Assembly: GCF_003334305.1 (NCBI RefSeq)
Contig: NZ_QOWS01000002.1
Strand: one strand, 5' to 3'
DNA length: 64,000 bases
Origin: Escherichia coli
Lineage (GTDB): Bacteria; Pseudomonadota; Gammaproteobacteria; Enterobacterales; Enterobacteriaceae
Within the stretch, counting starts at the first letter, position 1. Each line of letters opens with the position of its first letter. Both the position numbers and the translations under genes were made by a program. The notes under the pieces were generated by a model that was not told where the DNA came from, made no database searches, and saw only the letters and a list, made by a program, of their open reading frames with translations. Below are positions 51,003 through 64,000 of this stretch, piece by piece.

Positions 51003-51545
51003 ATGATTATCTATTTACACGGTTTTGACTCTAACAGTCCGGGTAACCACGAGAAAGTCTTACAATTGCAGTTTATTGACCCGGATGTACGCTTGATAAG
51101 CTACAGTACGCGGCATCCGAAACATGATATGCAGCATCTGCTCAAAGAAGTGGACAAAATGTTGCAACTGAACGTCGACGAGCGTCCGCTGATTTGCGGC
51201 GTTGGTCTGGGCGGATACTGGGCGGAACGGATTGGTTTTCTTTGCGATATCCGCCAGGTGATCTTCAACCCTAATTTGTTCCCTTATGAGAACATGGAAG
51301 GCAAGATTGATCGCCCGGAAGAGTATGCCGATATTGCCACTAAGTGTGTGACCAACTTCCGTGAGAAGAATCGCGATCGTTGCCTGGTGATTTTGTCGCG
51401 TAATGATGAAGCGCTTAACAGCCAGCGGACATCTGAAGAGCTGCATCATTATTACGAGATTGTCTGGGACGAAGAGCAGACGCACAAATTCAAGAATATC
51501 TCCCCGCATTTACAGCGCATTAAAGCGTTCAAAACCCTCGGGTAA
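51003..51545 (+). CDS. ycfP: Alpha/beta-hydrolase-fold esterase YcfP
   Basis: ORF trimmed to [18 protein letters not shown]... (180 aa). Confidence 0.88.
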
Positions 51546-51553
51546 ATGCCCTC

Positions 51554-51668
<115 letters not shown>

Positions 51669-51794
51669 ACGACCAAACGCCCTCGATATACGCTTCACCC
51701 TATATCGCCCTTCCGGACTTGCTCAAATAATAAACAATAAACTCTGTTTTTTGATCTCACCCGGTAAAGTCGCCTATCTTTTCAGCAACAAAAC

Positions 51795-51808
51795 TTGATT
51801 AACATCAA
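51795..51808 (+). promoter_or_regulatory. FNR-type site in the ndh promoter
   Basis: TTGATTAACATCAA matches the FNR dyad TTGAT-N4-ATCAA; ndh is known to be FNR-repressed. Confidence 0.55.
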
Positions 51809-51944
51809 TTTTGGTATGACCAATGCACCATTCATGTTATTCTCAATAGCGAAGAACATTTTCATTGCTGTAACCTGTTGTTAATTAAGAGCTATGTTAA
51901 TAACCATTAATTAACAATTGGTTAATAAATTTAAGGGGGTCACG

Positions 51945-53249
51945 TTGACTACGCCATTGAAAAAGATTGTGATTGTCGGCGGCGGTGCTGGTGGGCTGGA
52001 AATGGCAACACAGCTGGGGCATAAGCTGGGACGCAAGAAAAAAGCCAAAATTACGCTGGTCGATCGTAACCACAGCCATCTGTGGAAACCGCTGCTGCAC
52101 GAAGTGGCGACTGGCTCGCTTGATGAAGGCGTCGATGCGTTGAGCTATCTGGCCCATGCGCGCAATCATGGTTTCCAGTTCCAGCTGGGTTCCGTCATTG
52201 ATATTGATCGTGAAGCGAAAACAATCACTATTGCAGAACTGCGCGATGAGAAAGGTGAACTGCTGGTTCCGGAACGTAAAATCGCCTATGACACCCTGGT
52301 AATGGCGCTGGGTAGCACCTCTAACGATTTCAATACGCCAGGTGTCAAAGAGAACTGCATTTTCCTCGATAACCCGCACCAGGCGCGTCGCTTTCACCAG
52401 GAGATGCTGAATCTCTTCCTGAAATACTCCGCCAACCTGGGCGCAAATGGCAAAGTGAACATTGCGATTGTCGGCGGCGGCGCGACGGGTGTAGAACTCT
52501 CCGCTGAATTGCACAACGCGGTCAAGCAACTGCACAGCTACGGTTACAAAGGCCTGACCAACGAAGCCCTGAACGTAACGCTGGTAGAAGCGGGAGAACG
52601 TATTTTGCCTGCATTACCGCCACGTATCTCTGCTGCGGCCCACAACGAGCTAACGAAACTTGGCGTTCGCGTGCTGACGCAAACCATGGTCACCAGTGCT
52701 GATGAAGGCGGCCTGCACACTAAAGATGGCGAATATATTGAGGCTGATCTGATGGTGTGGGCAGCCGGGATCAAAGCGCCAGACTTCCTGAAAGATATCG
52801 GTGGTCTTGAAACTAACCGTATCAACCAGCTGGTGGTGGAACCGACGCTGCAAACCACCCGCGATCCAGACATTTACGCTATTGGCGACTGCGCGTCATG
52901 CCCGCGTCCGGAAGGGGGCTTTGTTCCGCCGCGTGCTCAGGCTGCACACCAGATGGCGACTTGCGCAATGAACAACATACTGGCGCAGATGAACGGTAAG
53001 CCGCTGAAAAATTATCAGTATAAAGATCATGGTTCGCTGGTATCGCTGTCGAACTTCTCCACCGTCGGTAGCCTGATGGGTAACCTGACGCGCGGCTCAA
53101 TGATGATTGAAGGACGAATTGCGCGCTTTGTATATATCTCGCTATACCGAATGCATCAGATTGCGCTGCATGGTTACTTTAAAACCGGATTAATGATGCT
53201 GGTGGGGAGTATTAACCGCGTTATCCGTCCGCGTTTGAAGTTGCATTAA
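51945..53249 (+). CDS. ndh: Type II NADH:quinone oxidoreductase NDH-2
   Basis: Probable TTG start giving [25 protein letters not shown]... (434 aa); two Rossmann GxGxxG motifs. Confidence 0.92.
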
Positions 53250-53261
53250 TCGACGTACACT

Positions 53262-53348
53262 GGCGGATGTGGCATAAACGCCTCATCCGCCCTGGACAAA
53301 TGGTACGAGTGGTAGGCCTGATAAGACGCGTTAAGCGTCGCATCAGGC
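53262..53348. repeat. REP elements between ndh and ycfJ
   Basis: GGCGGATGTGGCATAAACGCCTCATCCGCC and GCCTGATAAGACGCGTTAAGCGTCGCATCAGGC palindromes. Confidence 0.65.
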
Positions 53349-53475
53349 ATTCCTTCAGACTCCTCCGAATCATTAAGTATTTCCAGCCATTCCCGCGCTT
53401 TTCATCTTCTGTCTGATAGCTGCTTTTCTCCTTCGCTTGCATGATTGGCATAACTGCAAAGAAGGAGGTGTTCCC

Positions 53476-54015
53476 GTGAATAAATCAATGTTGGCGGGTA
53501 TCGGGATTGGTGTCGCAGCTGCGCTGGGCGTAGCGGCAGTGGCCAGTCTGAACGTGTTTGAACGTGGCCCGCAATACGCTCAGGTTGTTTCTGCAACCCC
53601 AATCAAGGAAACGGTTAAAACACCGCGTCAGGAGTGTCGCAACGTCACAGTGACCCATCGTCGACCGGTGCAGGATGAAAATCGCATTACCGGGTCGGTG
53701 CTCGGCGCTGTTGCTGGCGGCGTGATAGGGCATCAGTTTGGCGGTGGTCGCGGTAAAGATGTCGCCACTGTTGTGGGGGCGCTGGGTGGTGGATATGCCG
53801 GTAACCAGATCCAGGGCTCTCTCCAGGAAAGCGATACTTACACGACTACGCAACAGCGTTGTAAAACGGTGTATGACAAGTCAGAAAAAATGCTCGGTTA
53901 TGATGTGACCTATAAGATTGGCGATCAGCAGGGCAAAATCCGCATGGACCGCGATCCGGGTACGCAGATCCCGCTAGATAGTAATGGGCAACTGATTTTG
54001 AATAACAAAGTATAA
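53476..54015 (+). CDS. ycfJ: Glycine-zipper outer-membrane protein YcfJ
   Basis: GTG start after an AGGAGG Shine-Dalgarno gives MNKSMLAGIGIGVAAALGVAAVASL... (179 aa); Gly-rich segment. Confidence 0.88.
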   Translation: MNKSMLAGIGIGVAAALGVAAVASLNVFERGPQYAQVVSATPIKETVKTPRQECRNVTVTHRRPVQDENRITGSVLGAVAGGVIGHQFGGGRGKDVATVVGALGGGYAGNQIQGSLQESDTYTTTQQRCKTVYDKSEKMLGYDVTYKIGDQQGKIRMDRDPGTQIPLDSNGQLILNNKV

Positions 54016-54037
54016 CAAGGCTGTACTCTGCAATTTG

Positions 54038-54071
54038 GCCCCTCATTCGCTCAGGCTGAGGGGCTTTTTTT
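54038..54071 (+). terminator. ycfJ rho-independent terminator
   Basis: GCCCCTCA...TGAGGGGC stem followed by TTTTTTT. Confidence 0.6.
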
Positions 54072-54076
54072 GCGAC

Positions 54077-54709
54077 TTATTTCACCAGTTCGGGCCATAA
54101 ACGCAAAGTCGTTCCGGCAATCTGCATTAGTTTTTCCAGCGATGCACCTTCGCGTGCGCTGATCGACATCCCCTGAATAATACAATTAAGGAATTCTGCC
54201 AGATGTGTCACGTCACAGTGGGTCGGGATTTCCCCGCGCGCTTGTCGTTGACATAAAAACTGCTGCAAAGTGCGCTCTTGCATCGCATGGCGTGATTTCA
54301 ACGTATTGGCGATATCTCCTGAATCTGGGGAGAGGGTGGTGCAGTTGTTGATCATGAAGCAGCCTGCCGGGGTGTCTTTGCTGGTAAAGCAGTTGGCGAT
54401 GGCAGCAAAATAGTCAGCCAGCGCAGACTCCACGCTTTTCTCTTCACAAAACAGCTGTGCTTCATGCTTAGCGGCAAAACGATCGATATAGCGGTCGAGA
54501 ACGGCACGAAATAACCCCTCTTTGTTGGTAAATTCCGCGTATAGCGTGGGCGCTTTGGCTCCGGTCGCTTCGACGAGGTCCGCAAGAGAAGTCGCTTCAT
54601 AACCGTGTTGCCAGAACAATTTCATGGCCTTATCAAGCGCGGCATCCCTGTCGAACACTTTTGGGCGGCCACGGCTTTTTTTTACACATTGTGTTGAGTC
54701 AGTTGCCAT
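54077..54709 (-). CDS. comR: TetR-family transcriptional repressor ComR (YcfQ)
   Basis: ORF trimmed to MATDSTQCVKKSRGRPKVFDRDAALDKAMKLFWQHGYEATSLADLV... (210 aa) with a TetR helix-turn-helix. Confidence 0.9.
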   Translation of the reverse strand: MATDSTQCVKKSRGRPKVFDRDAALDKAMKLFWQHGYEATSLADLVEATGAKAPTLYAEFTNKEGLFRAVLDRYIDRFAAKHEAQLFCEEKSVESALADYFAAIANCFTSKDTPAGCFMINNCTTLSPDSGDIANTLKSRHAMQERTLQQFLCQRQARGEIPTHCDVTHLAEFLNCIIQGMSISAREGASLEKLMQIAGTTLRLWPELVK

Positions 54710-54949
54710 GATGCCGTTGTACCTGGTGACTGTGAATGAAAGGTTATTATAAAAATAATCACCTCCGTTCACCAGTCCAGATCCCATAAAAATAATTGCT
54801 TTCTATTTAACTGAAATTTAAAGATTTTTAAATTAATTAATGATTGTTATAAAAAATATCTTGTATGTGATCCAGATCACATCTATCATTTAGTTATCGA
54901 TCGTTAAGTAATTGCTTGCGACGTCATTCATCTGCATAAGGCCACTATT

Positions 54950-55207
54950 ATGAAAAACGTAAAAACCCTCATCGCTGCGGCGATTTTAAGCTCCATGTCA
55001 TTTGCCAGCTTTGCGGCTGTCGAAGTTCAGTCAACGCCAGAAGGCCAACAAAAAGTCGGTACAATCAGTGCTAACGCGGGGACAAATCTGGGATCGCTGG
55101 AAGAGCAGCTGGCGCAAAAAGCGGATGAGATGGGCGCAAAATCTTTCCGTATTACTTCTGTAACCGGTCCGAATACCCTCCATGGAACAGCAGTAATTTA
55201 TAAATAA
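54950..55207 (+). CDS. bhsA: Multiple-stress-resistance protein BhsA (YcfR)
   Basis: 85 aa with signal peptide; YdgH/BhsA/McbA-like; divergent from comR. Confidence 0.92.
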   Translation: MKNVKTLIAAAILSSMSFASFAAVEVQSTPEGQQKVGTISANAGTNLGSLEEQLAQKADEMGAKSFRITSVTGPNTLHGTAVIYK

Positions 55208-55239
55208 GCATTAACCCTCATTAATGCCTGCTACTGCTG

Positions 55240-55280
55240 ATTTTTTCCCCGCGACATGCCGTGTCGCGGGGAGTTTTTTA
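55240..55280. terminator. Bidirectional terminator between the convergent bhsA and ldtC
   Basis: CCCCGCGACA...GTCGCGGGG hairpin flanked by T-runs on both strands. Confidence 0.6.
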
Positions 55281-55288
55281 TCCAGGAT

Positions 55289-56251
55289 TTACAGAGTTTG
55301 TGGGCTCACTTGATGACGGCGGACATCCACCGGCATCCCGGAACGGACATCCATCACATGTTGCATCACTTCAGCGTCAGTTTGTGCTGCATCTTTAAAT
55401 GATTGCATTGCGCTATTCAGCGTAATTGGCAGCAGCTGCGGATCGTCATCAATCTTCTCTGACAGCGGCTGATGTACTTCAACCAGACGCGCACCGTTTG
55501 GTTCGGCAGAGACTTTTATCGGAGTGTTGATGATATTCACTTTGGTGCCTGGGGTGACCTGGCTAAAGAGTGTTTTGATATCGTCATCCCGCAGACGAAT
55601 ACAGCCAGAACTTACCCGCATGCCAATGCCGAAATCGGCGTTCGTACCGTGAAGCAAATAAACGCCGCCATAGGCCGCCAGACGAATCGCATGATGGCCC
55701 ATTGGGTTATCCGGTCCAGCCGGCACTACCGCAGGCAACTCAATTCCCTGTGCTTTATAACGGGCGCGGATGTTTGCCGTTGGCGTCCAGGTTGGGTTTG
55801 CACGTTTGTCTGAAACGGTGGTCACCATTGTCGGTGTCAGCGTGTCACCACCTAACTGACCAATACCTATTGGATACACGGTTACCGAATTTTTACCCGG
55901 CGGGTAGTAATAGAGACGCAGCTCCGCAATGTTGATCACAATGCCTTCGCGCGGCGCGTCTGGAAGTAGGGTTTGCAACGGGATCGTTAACACGCTGCCC
56001 GCGCGCGGTACGTAAGGATCAACGCCGGGGTTAGCCTGTAACAGAGCGAGAAAGCCGACGTTATATTTTTTGGCGATGGCTTCCAGAGAACCACCGTCAT
56101 TTTCCACCACATGAAATTTGTTTTCGCCAACCAGACGACTGCCCGCTGGCGGCAGCGGCCAGGTGTTGGCTTTTGCCGGTAGCGCCAGCGCCACGGCAGC
56201 GGCGAACGTAAAAAACGTTAGCCAGCGAGAAAAACGCGTTTTGATCATCAC
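55289..56251 (-). CDS. ldtC: L,D-transpeptidase LdtC (YcfS)
   Basis: Probable GTG start (MMIKTRFSRWLTFFTFAAAVALALPAKA..., 320 aa); LysM and YkuD domains with a catalytic Cys in SSGCIRL. Confidence 0.9.
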   Translation of the reverse strand: MMIKTRFSRWLTFFTFAAAVALALPAKANTWPLPPAGSRLVGENKFHVVENDGGSLEAIAKKYNVGFLALLQANPGVDPYVPRAGSVLTIPLQTLLPDAPREGIVINIAELRLYYYPPGKNSVTVYPIGIGQLGGDTLTPTMVTTVSDKRANPTWTPTANIRARYKAQGIELPAVVPAGPDNPMGHHAIRLAAYGGVYLLHGTNADFGIGMRVSSGCIRLRDDDIKTLFSQVTPGTKVNIINTPIKVSAEPNGARLVEVHQPLSEKIDDDPQLLPITLNSAMQSFKDAAQTDAEVMQHVMDVRSGMPVDVRRHQVSPQTL

Positions 56252-56394
56252 CAAAAATCCATAATAAATATAAGGTTATTGTAATAAACAGATAAGCCTG
56301 AATTATGGATGGTGACAGTGTCGGATAGTGCAGGGAAGTGCAAAGAATTTGTAAATGTTGCAGATGGGGGCGCAGAAACGCCCCCGATTTACCA

Positions 56395-59300
56395 TTAAGC
56401 GATCGCGTTCTCTTCCAGTTCACGCATAAACTGGCGTACCCATTCGATACGCGTTTTCCGCTCACTCAAATCCTGAATAAATTTCAGGCGCGTCGGACCA
56501 TCAAGGCGGTAATGCTGCGGCTGTTTTTGCAGCAAACCAATCAACCAGGCCGGATTAACGTGATTCTTCTCGGCAAATTCGATCACCCCGCCTTTCTCAT
56601 TACCTTCCAGCTTCCTGATCCCCAGTTTCTGCGCTTGCTGGCGCAGACGGGCAACATCCAGCAGGATACGCGCCGGATCCGGCAGCAGGCCGAAGCGATC
56701 GATAAGCTCGACTTTGATCTCTTCCAGTTCGTTTTCCGTTTTGGCGCTGGCAATACGTTTATAGAACGACAAACGCGTATTCACGTCAGGAATGAAATCA
56801 TCTGGCAATAGCGACGGCATCCGCAGCTCGACTTCTGTTTGCTGGCTGGTGAGATCTTCCAGCGACGGCTCGCGTCCGGCTTTCAGTGCATCGACGGCGT
56901 TTTCCAGCAGCTCCATATACAGCGAGAAACCGATGGTTTCCATTGAGCCGCTTTGTTCTTCGCCAAGCAGTTCACCCGCGCCGCGAATCTCCAGATCGTG
57001 CGTTGCCAGCGCAAAACCTGCCCCGAGATCTTCCAGCGAGGCAATCGCTTCAAGACGTTTTTGTGCATCGGTAGTCATCGCTTTTGGATGCGGCGTCAGC
57101 AACCATGCATATGCCTGATGATGCGAACGTCCGACGCGACCGCGTAACTGGTGCAGCTGCGCCAGACCGAAGTGATCCGCACGTTCAATGATAATGGTGT
57201 TGGCTGTCGGGATGTCGATCCCGGTTTCGATAATGGTGGTACAAACCAGCACGTTGAAACGTTGATGATGGAAATCATTCATCACCCGTTCCAGTTCGCG
57301 CTCGCGCATCTGCCCGTGACCGATGGCGATCCGCGCTTCTGGCACCAGTTCTGCCAGCCGTTCGGCGGCTTTCTGAATGTTTTCCACATCATTGTAGAGA
57401 TAATAAACCTGTCCTCCGCGCAAAATTTCACGCAGGATCGCCTCCCGGACCACCAGGCTGTCATACTCACGGACAAAGGTTTTAACTGCCAGACGACGGG
57501 CGGGCGGCGTGGCGATAATCGACAGGTCACGCATTCCGCTCATTGCCATATTCAGCGTACGTGGGATCGGCGTTGCAGTAAGCGTCAGAATATCCACGTT
57601 CGCGCGCATCGCTTTAATACGCTCTTTATGACGCACCCCGAAGCGGTGTTCTTCATCGACAATCAGCAGGCCTAAATCTTTAAACTTGACGTCACTTTGC
57701 AGCAGTTTGTGCGTACCGATCAGAATATCGATTTTCCCTTCCGCCACTTCCGCAAGGATTTGCGTCTGCTCTTTGGCGCTGCGGAAACGGGAGATCATTT
57801 CGATACGTACCGGCCAGTTGGCGAAACGGTCGCGGAAGTTGTCGTAATGCTGCTGCGCGAGAAGGGTGGTAGGCACCAACACCGCCACCTGCTTGTGGTT
57901 ATCTACTGCCAGGAAAGCGGCGCGCATCGCCACTTCTGTTTTACCAAAGCCAACATCGCCGCACACCAGACGATCCATTGCCAGCGGCTGACACATGTCG
58001 CTAAGTACCGCATTAATGGCCTGCGCCTGATCCGGCGTGGTTTCAAACGGGAAGCTGTCGCAGAACAACTGATACTGCTCACGATCGTGTTTAAACGCGA
58101 AGCCCTCTTTGGCGGCGCGTTGCGCGTAGATATCCAGCAATTCCGCCGCCACATCACGCACTTTTTCCGCCGCTTTCTGCCGCGCGCGTGACCACGCATC
58201 GCCGCCAAGTTTATGCAGCGGGGCGTTTTCTTCCGCGCCACCTGCGTAACGGCTAATCAGATGCAGTGACGACACCGGAACATACAGTTTGGCGTCGTTG
58301 GCATAGGTGAGCATCAAATACTCGCCAGTAATGCCGCCCGCTTCGAGCGTGGTCATTCCGGCATAGCGCCCGACACCGTGCTCCAGATGGACCACCGGCT
58401 GACCAATATGCAGCTCCGCAAGGTTACGGATCAGTGTATCGGGGTTGATGGTGCGGCGAGAATCCTGACGACGGCGGGCAACACGTTCACCGAGCAGATC
58501 GCTTTCGCAGATCAGCGCCAGATTACGCACCTTATCGACAAAACCATGTTCGGCAGCGCCAATCATCAGATAACGCCCACGGTCGCTGGCTTCATCAAGA
58601 CGCATAATGCGTTGCGGAGCAATTTTAATTCGTGCGAGCAGTTCACCCAGCGCTTCACGGCGACCTTCACTTTCTACCGAGAACACCACCGGACCGTCGA
58701 AAGTCTCGAGGAACTTACGCAGCGCATCCAGCGGCGCTTTTTGTTGCGCCTGAACGGCCAGGTCTGGCAGTTTCTGGAAACCTAAATTGGCATTCGCGGC
58801 TTTTGTCGGTAAATGTTCAGTTTTTAGCTGCACCCGGGGCCAGTTTTTCAGCTCTGAGAAGAGCTCGTCCACCCGCAGCCAGAGCGATTGTGGTGGCAAC
58901 AGCGGGTGCATCGGATCGACGCCGCGATTCTCAAAACGCGCCAGCGTGTCAGCCTGGAAACGTTCGGCACTGGTTTCCAGATCGCCAGTATTCACGAGCA
59001 AGGTATTGGCAGGGAAATAACTGAACAGCGGCGGCAGTGGTTCGCTGAAGAACAATGGCTGCCAGTACTCGATCCCGGCAGGTAATGTGCCTTTACTCAC
59101 TTGCTGGTAAATATGTTCCGGATCGCGCTTCACTTCGAAGGTATCGCGCCACTGGCTGCGGAACAGTTCAATTGCCGCTTTATCGGTCGGAAATTCGTGC
59201 GCGGGCAGCAGATTGATCGCTTCTACTTCCTCCAGCGTGCGCTGGCTGTCGACGTCAAACACCCGCAGGCTGTCGATTTCATCATCAAAGAAATCAAGAC

Positions 59301-59841
59301 GATAAGGCAGCTCACTCCCCATCGGGAAGAGATCCAGCAACGCGCCGCGCGTGGCGTATTCGCCGTGCTCCATCACCTGGTCAACATGGCGATAACCGGC
59401 GCTGTCCAGTTGGGTTCGTAATGCATCTCGTGACAGGCGCTGACCTTTTTTCATCACCAGCGCATGACCGTGGAGAAAACTGTGTGGGCAAACGCGCTGC
59501 ATAAGCGTATTCACCGGAACAATCAGTACGCCACGCTGCATCGTCGGTAGCTGGTAAAGGGTGGAAAGGCGCGAGGAGATAATGTCCTGATGAGGCGAAA
59601 AACTGTCGTAGGGAAGAGTTTCCCAGTCCGCCAGATTCATCACCATCTGATCGGTGAACTGGCTGATTTCATCATGCAAACGCAGAGCATTTTGCATATC
59701 TGGTGCAATGAGTACCACCGGACCGGCGTGACGTTCGGCAATTTCCGCTACCAGCGTTGCACAGGCTGCGCCGGTTAACTCGCCCAGCAGACGCTGCTCA
59801 CCCGCTTTGACGGGCAGCGTATAACGATATTGTTCAGGCAT
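56395..59841 (-). CDS. mfd: Transcription-repair coupling factor Mfd
   Basis: ORF trimmed to MPEQYRYTLPVKAGEQRLLGELTGAACATLVAEI... (1148 aa); superfamily-2 helicase motifs (GDVGFGKTEVA, DEEHRFG). Confidence 0.96.
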   Translation of the reverse strand: MPEQYRYTLPVKAGEQRLLGELTGAACATLVAEIAERHAGPVVLIAPDMQNALRLHDEISQFTDQMVMNLADWETLPYDSFSPHQDIISSRLSTLYQLPTMQRGVLIVPVNTLMQRVCPHSFLHGHALVMKKGQRLSRDALRTQLDSAGYRHVDQVMEHGEYATRGALLDLFPMGSELPYRLDFFDDEIDSLRVFDVDSQRTLEEVEAINLLPAHEFPTDKAAIELFRSQWRDTFEVKRDPEHIYQQVSKGTLPAGIEYWQPLFFSEPLPPLFSYFPANTLLVNTGDLETSAERFQADTLARFENRGVDPMHPLLPPQSLWLRVDELFSELKNWPRVQLKTEHLPTKAANANLGFQKLPDLAVQAQQKAPLDALRKFLETFDGPVVFSVESEGRREALGELLARIKIAPQRIMRLDEASDRGRYLMIGAAEHGFVDKVRNLALICESDLLGERVARRRQDSRRTINPDTLIRNLAELHIGQPVVHLEHGVGRYAGMTTLEAGGITGEYLMLTYANDAKLYVPVSSLHLISRYAGGAEENAPLHKLGGDAWSRARQKAAEKVRDVAAELLDIYAQRAAKEGFAFKHDREQYQLFCDSFPFETTPDQAQAINAVLSDMCQPLAMDRLVCGDVGFGKTEVAMRAAFLAVDNHKQVAVLVPTTLLAQQHYDNFRDRFANWPVRIEMISRFRSAKEQTQILAEVAEGKIDILIGTHKLLQSDVKFKDLGLLIVDEEHRFGVRHKERIKAMRANVDILTLTATPIPRTLNMAMSGMRDLSIIATPPARRLAVKTFVREYDSLVVREAILREILRGGQVYYLYNDVENIQKAAERLAELVPEARIAIGHGQMRERELERVMNDFHHQRFNVLVCTTIIETGIDIPTANTIIIERADHFGLAQLHQLRGRVGRSHHQAYAWLLTPHPKAMTTDAQKRLEAIASLEDLGAGFALATHDLEIRGAGELLGEEQSGSMETIGFSLYMELLENAVDALKAGREPSLEDLTSQQTEVELRMPSLLPDDFIPDVNTRLSFYKRIASAKTENELEEIKVELIDRFGLLPDPARILLDVARLRQQAQKLGIRKLEGNEKGGVIEFAEKNHVNPAWLIGLLQKQPQHYRLDGPTRLKFIQDLSERKTRIEWVRQFMRELEENAIA

Positions 59842-59945
59842 AACGGTTGTCAGATTCTCGTTAGGATATGCCTCAACATATGGGGGCATATCTCTGATAA
59901 GCAATGCTGTTCATTATCCGTAATCGACATGGTTTAGCAAATTGA

Positions 59946-59965
59946 ATCGCCCCGGCTGGGGCGAT
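59946..59965 (-). terminator. Hairpin 3' of ycfT (possible terminator, overlapping the mfd upstream region)
   Basis: ATCGCCCC-ggct-GGGGCGAT perfect 8-bp stem. Confidence 0.4.
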
Positions 59966-59968
59966 GGC

Positions 59969-61042
59969 TTAGCGGGAGTAACTGACGGCAGCGGGCAGTG
60001 AAGGCGGGGAGAACAACAGATCGCTGAATGCACGCTGTGAAAGTTTTCTTACCAGCAAGCCCGCAACAGTACAGATGAACAAACTGACAAAGGGATAAAC
60101 CAGCAGGAGTGTCAGTTCGACTTGCGGCGACCAGCGTGCTGCGTTCATTTGCGCAAGCAGAGTTAAGCTGAATATTTCAACCAGAATGCGATGGGTGGTG
60201 TAGATAGCAATGGTGTTGGAGCCAATCACATTCAGCAGGCTGGTGGAGCGCATACCGAATCGTTGCTCGTATTGATAAAACAGCTTCATGATCACCACAA
60301 TCGATACCAGCGACAACAGCAGCGAGATAGTAAACAACCAGGCACCGACCGCCAGAACGGTAAGCAAAGAAGCCATCAGCAGATGGCGGCGCAACGGCAC
60401 CTCTTTAACACAGGTCATTATTGTTGCGCCAAACCATGCGCCAAGGCTGTAATAAGGCAAATTGCGGATCACACTGTTCATTCCCCACCACGGCGTGGGA
60501 ACGAAATTAACCGCCACACTCAACAGTACAAACAAGGCGAATAGTGGCAGCGCCAGACGGCTAAAAATTTTACATACCACGAAATAGACAATTAACGCAT
60601 ACAGATACCACAAGCTGGTGCTGGCGGTGATCATCCCGTGCAGGAACTCACCGGTGGAATCGGCATAAGCGGCATTGGAGGCATTGCTTAAATCGCGCTC
60701 AGGTGCCAGCCACTGGTTCAGCGCACTTAACGCCAGCCACTGCACCACGCCCCAAAGCGCCAGCACCCAGAAGATGTTCCAGATCCGTTTATCGAGACAA
60801 TTTCCCCACGGTACGCTGTCGATATAGCGGCGAATCAAATAGCCGGAAATAAAGAAAAAAACCGGCATACGAAAGGGGGCAAGGTAAAGATTGAAATAGA
60901 TCCAGCATTTGCTCAGGACTTCCGATAACGGATGCTGAAAAGTGGTCAGATGCGGATAAAAGGTAATGACCGAGTGATAAATCACCACCAGACAAATACA
61001 TAACCCTTTGATCTGGTTAATCCATAGCTCTTTTTGTTTCAT
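59969..61042 (-). CDS. ycfT: Inner-membrane acyltransferase-family protein YcfT
   Basis: 357 aa, polytopic membrane protein. Confidence 0.88.
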   Translation of the reverse strand: MKQKELWINQIKGLCICLVVIYHSVITFYPHLTTFQHPLSEVLSKCWIYFNLYLAPFRMPVFFFISGYLIRRYIDSVPWGNCLDKRIWNIFWVLALWGVVQWLALSALNQWLAPERDLSNASNAAYADSTGEFLHGMITASTSLWYLYALIVYFVVCKIFSRLALPLFALFVLLSVAVNFVPTPWWGMNSVIRNLPYYSLGAWFGATIMTCVKEVPLRRHLLMASLLTVLAVGAWLFTISLLLSLVSIVVIMKLFYQYEQRFGMRSTSLLNVIGSNTIAIYTTHRILVEIFSLTLLAQMNAARWSPQVELTLLLVYPFVSLFICTVAGLLVRKLSQRAFSDLLFSPPSLPAAVSYSR

Positions 61043-61192
61043 CAGGACAACACGCTCTTTTTTAATTTACATGCGGTTGATCCTGCGGGTTATGACCCGA
61101 GGTGTAATGGGTATCTGTCTGTATTGGATGATTTTTCAGATTAAGATCAGGCGGCAAGATTGATGATAAAACATGGCAATTTAGCCGATTGA

Positions 61193-64000
<2,808 letters not shown>

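Noticed and set aside
51897-52535. 212-aa ORF on the - strand
   Set aside because: Antisense to ndh; no ribosome-binding site; the sense gene is strongly supported

Overview
This 64 kb window reads as a contiguous piece of Escherichia coli core chromosome (K-12-like, roughly the msyB-mdtG to lolCDE segment), and I found no sign of a previously undescribed system in it. Gene order is msyB(partial)-mdtG-lpxL-yceA-yceI-yceJ-yceO-solA-bssS-dinI-pyrC-yceB-grxB-mdtH-rimJ-yceH-yceM-murJ-flgNMA/flgBCDEFGHIJ/flgKL-rne-rluC-yceF-yceD-rpmF-plsX-fabHDG-acpP-fabF-pabC-mltG-tmk-holB-ycfH-ptsG-fhuE-hinT-ycfL-lpoB-thiK-nagZ-ycfP-ndh-ycfJ-comR-bhsA-ldtC-mfd-ycfT-lolC-lolD-lolE(partial). Identifications rest on recognising the translated proteins and on ORF lengths agreeing with the known E. 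coli proteins after correcting start codons; no database search was run. About 66 protein-coding genes are called, two of which (yceO, rpmF) are too short to appear in the ORF track. I saw no tRNA or rRNA genes, CRISPR arrays, IS elements, integrases or prophage genes, and coding density and intergenic lengths are typical for core genome. The items worth a second look are small-scale and mostly known biology: a probable sRNA (sraB) in the yceF-yceD spacer with a near-consensus promoter abutting the yceD ATG, the rne leader and its low-complexity C-terminal half, flagellar sigma-28 promoters, a dinI LexA box, the pyrC leader hairpin and PurR box, REP clusters, and a run of non-ATG starts and overlapping gene pairs. 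All regulatory-site calls are motif matches read by eye and should be treated as provisional.
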